From assembly GCA_000146465.1 (NCBI GenBank), contig CP001946.1: a DNA stretch of 64,000 nt. One strand, 5' to 3'. Numbering within the stretch: the first letter of the stretch is position 1; the number at the start of each line of letters is the position of its first letter. The notes under the pieces are model-generated. The model had not been told where the DNA came from. It did no database searches and worked only from the letters and a program-made list of their open reading frames with translations. Position numbers and translations under genes: made by a program. Below are positions 58,086-64,000 of the stretch, piece by piece.

Positions 58086-58499
58086 TTCAGGGTTCCTTCC
58101 TTTCTATTTTAAAAACAAAGAACCACAGAAAGAAAAGTTCCCTTTCAGGGAGCTAAAGAGGTCTTTTTAAGCCTGATTGGCAGTATTGCCCGGATTCTCT
58201 GATTGGTTTAAGCCAAATCAAACATCACACAGATTCTTCCGCCAAAGAATTCAATAGGGCCATTCACAAAGACAAAAACAAGATCACCTAGGAACTATAC
58301 CTGATAGATGAACAACAGAAAGAAATTTGAGGAAATAAAGCAGCAGCTTGAGTCCTTTCTTACTCCAAAACATCTTAGGAACGAGTTTCCCCAAGAGAAG
58401 GGATGGATGATGCCCGAAAACTCCCCATACAAGAACGAGTACAGAAAAGAAGGCTGAGCACAGTAGTCTTTTAGTAAACATATTGTAAGTGATCTTTAA

Positions 58500-60167
58500 T
58501 CAGATGTTCAATCCTTTCTTATACTCAAGGATGCTTCCATAGAACCTCTTGATGTTTCTATTTTCGCAAACATATATTTCCTTAAAGACCGAGTCAATGA
58601 AGCTTAAGTCATGACTGACACAAACAACAGCTCCTTCAAACCTTCGGAGTGCTTCTGCCAGTGCATCTATGGATTCCATGTCAAGGTGGTTTGTGGGCTC
58701 GTCCAGAACTAGAAGGTTTGGCCTTAGCCCATTGATGATTGCAAACCCTAGCCTACTCTTTTGTCCTCCCGAGAGCGTTCCAATACATTGGTTGTCAACA
58801 TTTAATCCGAAAGAGGCAAGGACCCGTCTACTCTCTTCTTGGCCATAAGACTTCATCATAAAGTCTAGCACGTTTTCATTGATCTTTAGTTGATCTACAT
58901 GGTGCTGAGCAAAGTATCCAACTCTCAAAGAAGGACTTCTTATAAGATTCCCCTCTGTGGCCTCTATCTTTCCAGCTAAGAGCTTGAGAAATGTACTTTT
59001 CCCTTGTCCATTGGCTCCAACCACCACTATTCTGGAGTTGGACATGATTCTTATGTCAAGACCCTGAAGAGTCTTTCCAAGACCATAAGAAAATCCAACC
59101 CCAGACATCTCAAGCAATATGCCCTGGGATGGAGTAGAAGAAAACGAAAACTTGATGATGGGATCTTGCTTAGGAGGAACAAGTGTTGGCATTTTTGCAA
59201 GTGCCTTTATCTTACTCTGCACAAGAGATGCCCTTTTAGCATTGTATCTAAACCTATCAATGAAAGTCTGCATGTGTTCCCTAACTGTAAGCTGGTTTTC
59301 ATACTCTCTTTTGGCTGCTGTCATCCTCTCCTTTCTTTGCCTCACGAAGTTCTCATAGTTCCCCTTGTACATATCAATCTTCAAGTCGTTAAGATGAAGT
59401 ATCATCTCTGTGGTACTGTTAAGAAAATTCCTGTCATGGGACACAATAATAACCGTCTTCAATTCTTTCACCTTTTTTTCTAGCCAGCTTAAAGCATTGA
59501 TGTCAAGGTAATTGGTAGGCTCATCAAGTAACAGCAAATCCGGGTTCATATTTATCGCCTTCGCCAGATGTGCACGCATTCTCCATCCCCCACTCAAATC
59601 ATTCATCTTCTTCCCAACCATATCTTTTGTAAATCCTAATCCATTTAGTGTTCGCCCGGCCTCAGCCCCAACAAATTCTTCCACTGTTCCTTCAGAGAGC
59701 AGATCTTGCCTTATCATATAAATCTTCATTCCTCTTGGAATCCCAAACTTTCTTTTTCTAATTGCCTTCAAAAGTGTTGTCTTTCCTATTCCATTCCTCC
59801 CTACAAGACCGTACTTCCTTCCTTTGATAATGGTAAGAGGCGTCTCCCGGACAATCTCCTTCCCTCGTACAAAGAGGTCAATATTCAAATGGAGATCTCC
59901 TTCAAACTCCTCGGAGTCTGTGTCTTCCCCTGATGAGGATGACTCCAATAGATATTCCTCTTCTGCTATTGTGTCAGGTATTGCCTCTTCCTTTCTGCTT
60001 TCTATCGATCTCATCGAAAATGGTGTTTCCAATGGAATGGGATTCCTTCCATAATCCACAGTGTAGGATTCCACCCCCACTGCAATGGCCTCTTCTTTCG
60101 ACTCAAACGGGAATTTCTCAAGCTTTCCTAAGTACTTGGATTTCAGAGAAGAGATCTTTCTGTCCAT
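58500..60167 (-). CDS. ABC-F family ATPase (Arb1/ABCF2-like; two NBDs, no TMD)
   Basis: NBD1 'GLVGRNGIGKTTLL' and signature 'LSGGWRMRAHLA...LLLLDEPTNYLD'. NBD2 'VVVGANGQGKSTFL' and 'LSGGQKSRLGFA...LLVLDEPTNHLD'. The track start is TTG (60275); the first ATG is at 60167. Confidence 0.85.
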   Translation of the reverse strand: MDRKISSLKSKYLGKLEKFPFESKEEAIAVGVESYTVDYGRNPIPLETPFSMRSIESRKEEAIPDTIAEEEYLLESSSSGEDTDSEEFEGDLHLNIDLFVRGKEIVRETPLTIIKGRKYGLVGRNGIGKTTLLKAIRKRKFGIPRGMKIYMIRQDLLSEGTVEEFVGAEAGRTLNGLGFTKDMVGKKMNDLSGGWRMRAHLAKAINMNPDLLLLDEPTNYLDINALSWLEKKVKELKTVIIVSHDRNFLNSTTEMILHLNDLKIDMYKGNYENFVRQRKERMTAAKREYENQLTVREHMQTFIDRFRYNAKRASLVQSKIKALAKMPTLVPPKQDPIIKFSFSSTPSQGILLEMSGVGFSYGLGKTLQGLDIRIMSNSRIVVVGANGQGKSTFLKLLAGKIEATEGNLIRSPSLRVGYFAQHHVDQLKINENVLDFMMKSYGQEESRRVLASFGLNVDNQCIGTLSGGQKSRLGFAIINGLRPNLLVLDEPTNHLDMESIDALAEALRRFEGAVVCVSHDLSFIDSVFKEIYVCENRNIKRFYGSILEYKKGLNI

Positions 60168-60284
60168 CCGACCGTAGCGTGGGTCATAAGGCCAGAAGAA
60201 TTCAAGTCTTCTTCCTGAATAAAGACCGGGGTGGGTCGAAAACGCCTGAGTAAATAATAGAAAGAGATTTACCAAATACCACTA

Positions 60285-60980
60285 TTAACTAACAAGACGC
60301 TCCATCAGATTGCAACAGTGGGGTAGAATCCAGAAGTCAAAGAGATGGCCTTTGTCTTCTCCCTCAATCAGAATTCTTCTAATGGCCTTCTTTTTCTTTT
60401 CAAATTTCTGGCCTGTATAAACAATTTTGTTGTTGTTCACAAACTTAACATACTCCGAGGCAAGAAATTCTTCTTTGAATTTTTCTGTCCATTCTGTGAT
60501 ATTTTGATTTTGATTTGTCTTTGTTGAATTGCAGGCATCAAGAATAGAGAGAAGCTTTGCCCACCAAGCTTTCTTATCGCTATTAAAAGGACTGCTGATA
60601 TCATATAGTTGGGAAAAAATTTCTTTGAACTCTTGTCCAATATACAAGTTAAATTCCCTCAGGCTTGCTTTTCCTATCTCCTTCTCGATCAGCTTGTGTG
60701 CATCGATATACCATAAGCACACCTGCATCTCAAGCCCCTCAAGATCGTTCCGTATCTTGGATAGAATTTCTGTCATTTCCTGAGCAAACTCAGGTGTGTC
60801 TTCTCCCTTAATGTTCTCTAGGATGTTGTTGTTCAAGATGAAAAAAGAAAACTCGTTCGAATGTACTAAGGCCGATGCCTTCCAGGCCATCTCCAACAAA
60901 TTCACAAGAATGAGAATCTTGGGCTCTTTGGTATAAGCAACACATCGGAGAATAAGATTAAGGCGTGATTTTTCACTCAT
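60285..60980 (-). CDS. hypothetical protein
   Basis: 231-aa ORF. Its ATG overlaps the TGA of the upstream PriL gene (ATGA). Confidence 0.45.
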   Translation of the reverse strand: MSEKSRLNLILRCVAYTKEPKILILVNLLEMAWKASALVHSNEFSFFILNNNILENIKGEDTPEFAQEMTEILSKIRNDLEGLEMQVCLWYIDAHKLIEKEIGKASLREFNLYIGQEFKEIFSQLYDISSPFNSDKKAWWAKLLSILDACNSTKTNQNQNITEWTEKFKEEFLASEYVKFVNNNKIVYTGQKFEKKKKAIRRILIEGEDKGHLFDFWILPHCCNLMERLVS

Positions 60981-62218
60981 TTGTTAGGGCTTTTTACAAT
61001 ATCTCTTGAATCTCTCGGGCTGTCTTCCCCATCATTTCTATCAATACTTCTACATTCAATATAATATCTAATAGGAGTTACAACCAACTTGTCTTGTTTC
61101 CGTTGGACCAACTTTTCAAGAAACCTTGTGCATCTCCCGCTAAAAGTTCCCACACCCATTATATCTTCAATATCAACCTCTAATCCTTCAATCTGACTCC
61201 GAAGATACTCCCCGTCCTCAACAAAAGGACAATTGCTTTTTCTCTCCTCATTCGTTGTGTTTGCTATCTTCGAGCAGGTGAAGCAGGTGTAGTTCGCCCT
61301 TTTTCCTTCAAGACCATAGTTGTGCCTAATTGAATATAGATATTCTTTATCAAAGACTTCTTTTCCTGCCTTGAACGATCTTCGAAAAAAATCTATTCCA
61401 TCTTCAACACTCATGCCACAGTCCTTTAGGAAGAGACATAATGTTTGTCTGTCGTTGTATTTAAGATGTCTATTCTTTCTCAGCCTTTGCATTATGGCCT
61501 TAATACATAGCGGAAAGTATTTCTCGGCGTCCTCTAATGAAAACACAGTGTTCTTCTCACATGTTGTAGGATTCAGAAGTAATTTTGTGGCAAGGCTTTT
61601 CATCCTTTCGTCTGGATTTCTTAAAAACATCTCCACCAGCTCATTCATCTTTCCTTCCAAGTACCTTCTGAACTCATTACCAAGTAGTGATCGGATCCCC
61701 TCGTCATTCAGCTTGAGATATCCTCCCTCAGGTATAACTATTCTTCTTCCAACCATATCAATCACCTTTGTAAAGTGGACGAGAACCTCAGAGCTCATCA
61801 TCCCAATTGCACAATCTGGATTGTATTTTGCTTTCATTCCAAGCACCAAGACCCCATTCCGAATCTCGGCTCCATCCATGTAAGGCAACACCTCTGTAAG
61901 GAAAAACTCCTTTGCACCCTCCGGATTTTTGGCCATTCTTAACCGCAGTAAATTCACTTCTGCATTTACAAACCAAGTAGCTGCCCACGGATCTTGAGAA
62001 CACACCATTCTACAGAAAAAGTGGGAGAGAGTATCATCTTCCGTGTCCATCTCAAAGCATCTGGAAACCGAAGGATTTACTTCTTCGCGCTTCAGAATTT
62101 CTATTCTTCTTTCTGCACACTTCCTGAACGTTTCGTAGTCTACTGAACTCTTGGAAAGCATAGTATAAAATTTAATTCCAGGCAATTCGTCTCCCTTTGC
62201 AGCCTTTATTCTCTTCAT
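60977..62218 (-). CDS. PRI2: DNA primase large subunit (PriL/Pri2)
   Basis: 'HLKYNDRQTLCLFLKDCGMSVEDGIDFF' and the Fe-S domain 'IRHNYGLEGKRANYTCFTCSKI...CPF' match the PriL C-terminal 4Fe-4S region. Confidence 0.85.
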   Translation of the reverse strand: MKRIKAAKGDELPGIKFYTMLSKSSVDYETFRKCAERRIEILKREEVNPSVSRCFEMDTEDDTLSHFFCRMVCSQDPWAATWFVNAEVNLLRLRMAKNPEGAKEFFLTEVLPYMDGAEIRNGVLVLGMKAKYNPDCAIGMMSSEVLVHFTKVIDMVGRRIVIPEGGYLKLNDEGIRSLLGNEFRRYLEGKMNELVEMFLRNPDERMKSLATKLLLNPTTCEKNTVFSLEDAEKYFPLCIKAIMQRLRKNRHLKYNDRQTLCLFLKDCGMSVEDGIDFFRRSFKAGKEVFDKEYLYSIRHNYGLEGKRANYTCFTCSKIANTTNEERKSNCPFVEDGEYLRSQIEGLEVDIEDIMGVGTFSGRCTRFLEKLVQRKQDKLVVTPIRYYIECRSIDRNDGEDSPRDSRDIVKSPNK

Positions 62219-62266
62219 CCTTCCTAACCCTAGGAAACCGGGAAATATTTCCTATTCCGAAGATCT

Positions 62267-62968
62267 CTATTTTCTCCGTGCTACCTTTAGAATAGACATA
62301 AGAACAAGTACAACAGAAAGAAGTAACATAAAATACATAATCTTGTCCTTCATCCGGCGATGAGAGGCGGGTATCTTCTCCAGCTCGCAGTTGGCTCCCT
62401 CAAGGTAAAAGTTTACCGACTCGAGATAGAAGTCTAATCTATCTATTTGAAGTGTTTGTTGCCCAACGGCCATTTTCATGTCTAAGAGAACGGAGGTGAG
62501 ATCATAAATCGACTTCCTTAAATCCTTTACATTTTCAAGGAGCATTCTACTTCCCTCGTTCTCCTCATCTTCCTCCTCTATCTCTTCATAGATGTCTATG
62601 TTTTTTAGGAATTTCTGTTGTAGCCCTCTATAGTCATGGACTATCGACTTCAGCTGTCCAACAAAATAACCATACATGCACTCTGTCAGAGTTTTCGAAG
62701 GAGAGATTTCTCGGATCCCCTCGATGTTTTTCTCTGCATTATGGATATGTTCGACTATACATCTCTTGATATCCTCGATCTCTTCTTTCTTTTTCCTTTT
62801 TGGCGAAAACGAAGGCATACAATGTTTTTCCTGCACGATACCTAGTCTGCAGATACTTTTCCTTACGTCTTCCAAAAACACTCGAAGCCCGGATGTCGAA
62901 AGCGGATTAAACCTGACATCCTTTCTTTTTGTAAATTTTTTATATTCCAGGGTTCTATTCACAAGCAT
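62267..62968 (-). CDS. syntaxin-like Q-SNARE with a C-terminal TM anchor
   Basis: SNARE motif 'LLDMKMAVGQQTLQIDRLDFYLESV', then TM 'IMYFMLLLSVVLVLMSIL'. Confidence 0.6.
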   Translation of the reverse strand: MLVNRTLEYKKFTKRKDVRFNPLSTSGLRVFLEDVRKSICRLGIVQEKHCMPSFSPKRKKKEEIEDIKRCIVEHIHNAEKNIEGIREISPSKTLTECMYGYFVGQLKSIVHDYRGLQQKFLKNIDIYEEIEEEDEENEGSRMLLENVKDLRKSIYDLTSVLLDMKMAVGQQTLQIDRLDFYLESVNFYLEGANCELEKIPASHRRMKDKIMYFMLLLSVVLVLMSILKVARRK

Positions 62969-63069
62969 CTGTGCTCTTTATTTGTCTTAGAGAGGAAGGT
63001 GTTATCACTCTTATGAAACAGTGTTTTATTTGATTACTTCCTTGGAGCATACAGAAATAAAATCCATTT

Positions 63070-63492
63070 TCAGTATCCAGAACATCCTCTACATCCACAG
63101 TTGTCGCATCTTATAGCCCTCGCAACGTCGATACTTCTCTCGGGAACTCTGCATATGCATACATTTCCATGCTTGCTGTCAATGGGCTGGATGCATCGGA
63201 GGCAGCATAGGTCTTCATATCCCTCTTTTTTCCAATAACAAACTAATTCATGGTCCACAAATCGGTTTAGTGAAAGATATTTGTATAGCTCATTACTTAT
63301 CTCGCCTTTTTTATCTAAATTATATATGTATCTAGATCTCTGGTGATGGAGCTGGAAAATCGGCCAATAGTTTTCGGGAGGATTTGTAGCAAGAGGAGCA
63401 TTCTCCGCTTTTCTCATTTCTGTCTCTATTTTCTCTAGGAAAGCCTTTACTTTCTCAAACTCCTCTGGTGGATTGATTGGAATTCTTGTCAT
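63070..63492 (-). CDS. BUD31: pre-mRNA splicing factor Bud31/G10
   Basis: 'WPIFQLHHQRSRYIYNL', 'YWKKEGYEDLCCLRCIQPIDSKHGNVCICRVP', 'CDNCGCRGCSG' (G10 zinc-knuckle signature). Confidence 0.9.
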   Translation of the reverse strand: MTRIPINPPEEFEKVKAFLEKIETEMRKAENAPLATNPPENYWPIFQLHHQRSRYIYNLDKKGEISNELYKYLSLNRFVDHELVCYWKKEGYEDLCCLRCIQPIDSKHGNVCICRVPERSIDVARAIRCDNCGCRGCSGY

Positions 63493-63593
63493 TCAACCCA
63501 ATCCGGGGCTCCACACAATAAATAAAATTGTGCTGCATCCATGTGCTTGTCGTCACAGATCTTGTCTTCTTGTTTCAGATTTTTTTGAATAAA

Positions 63594-64000
63594 ATGGATA
63601 TTTTATTCTTTAAAACAATGCAAGGAAAACTTACAGGGCTATTGACTTTGCTGTTAGGATCGATAGGAGCTTCAATAGTTAAGGAAAATACCCTTGGAAG
63701 CCCAGACCTTAGAACTTCAGAAGTATTATACTCCAATGGAGCCTGCAGCACAGAAGTTCCACTGTGCTCGAGGCTTGGAGTCAAAAAACTCATGGAGGGT
63801 GGAAATGCAATCGATGCAGCAATCGCATCTGCCATATGTATTGGAATAATAAACTCTTTCTCGTCGGGAATTGGAGGTGGTGGGTTTGTCCTAATCAAAG
63901 GCCCAGATGGAAGCAATATGTTTGATATGATAGACTTTAGGGAGGTAGCCCCTAAAAGCCTTTCTTCAGACAAACTTGAGGGAATGGGAAGGACAAAGGT
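63594..64000 (+). CDS. gamma-glutamyltranspeptidase, N-terminal part (3'-truncated by the window edge)
   Basis: N-terminal signal anchor, then 'GGNAIDAAIASAICIGIINSFSSGIGGGGFVLIKGPDG...IDFREVAP', which matches the GGT N-terminal block. It is absent from the ORF track because there is no stop in the window. Confidence 0.75.
   Translation, partial: MDILFFKTMQGKLTGLLTLLLGSIGASIVKENTLGSPDLRTSEVLYSNGACSTEVPLCSRLGVKKLMEGGNAIDAAIASAICIGIINSFSSGIGGGGFVLIKGPDGSNMFDMIDFREVAPKSLSSDKLEGMGRTK

Noticed and set aside
1-64000. Prokaryote-style novel system (CRISPR array, defence island, transposon, integron, phage genes)
   Set aside because: I found no repeat arrays, transposases or integrases, no Shine-Dalgarno organisation, and no operons. 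Every recognisable protein is a eukaryotic housekeeping ortholog, and gene orientation is mixed as in a nuclear chromosome. The 'TTG/GTG start' ORFs in the track are caller artefacts that resolve to downstream ATGs.

Overview
The window looks like a gene-dense core region of a small eukaryotic chromosome. It is best explained by a microsporidian (Encephalitozoon-like) genome, at roughly 42-45% GC by eye. I call about 60 protein genes on both strands. Intergenic spacers are mostly 0-150 bp and I see no spliceosomal introns. The proteins are short versions of conserved eukaryotic housekeeping proteins. There is one tRNA-Thr(AGU) with a T-run terminator, and a missed 73-aa Sec61-gamma gene next to it. 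A CCC (or GGG on the other strand) triplet sits directly upstream of most ATG codons, as reported for Encephalitozoon.

Recognisable products, in order: RhoGAP, serine palmitoyltransferase LCB2, WD40, EF-hand protein, Ulp1 SUMO protease, MCM, NOG1, PP2A-B55, syntaxins, PX sorting nexin, 6-phosphogluconate dehydrogenase, ITPase, Sec61-gamma, Brr6-like, RPL21e, Sm-like, RPS9, PITP, a Ski2-like DExH helicase, Bud23, Nar1, APC10, DNA polymerase alpha, a Sar1/Arf-like GTPase, GRWD1/Rrb1, Cbf5, PCNA, a GH19 chitinase-like secreted protein, a POT1-like OB-fold protein, an Rpb4-like subunit, RIO1, Rpn5, Spc3-like, listerin, an IGHMBP2/Hcs1-like helicase, TyrRS, Clp1, a two-ring AAA ATPase, an SF3b130/CPSF160-family propeller, Sgt1, an SDT1-like HAD nucleotidase, Yop1, an ABCF ATPase, primase large subunit, Bud31 and a 3'-truncated gamma-glutamyltranspeptidase.

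The supplied ORF track sometimes starts ORFs at TTG or GTG, so I moved several starts to the first ATG that fits the homology and the CCC-ATG context. My manual position counts may be off by about 1 nt in places; where they disagree with the ORF track I kept the track coordinates and shifted starts by whole codons.

I see no prokaryote-style defence or mobile system: no CRISPR, no transposase, no repeat arrays. The candidates I find most novel are:
- a putative POT1-like telomere end-binding protein (37813..39069);
- a Clp1 homolog that has lost the P-loop lysine;
- a divergent Sar1/Arf-family GTPase with a non-canonical switch II;
- a GH19 chitinase-like protein with an apparent catalytic Glu-to-Asn change;
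- an oversized DExH helicase with a long N-terminal extension;
- extreme genome compaction (abutting and overlapping genes) and the near-universal CCC-ATG start context.
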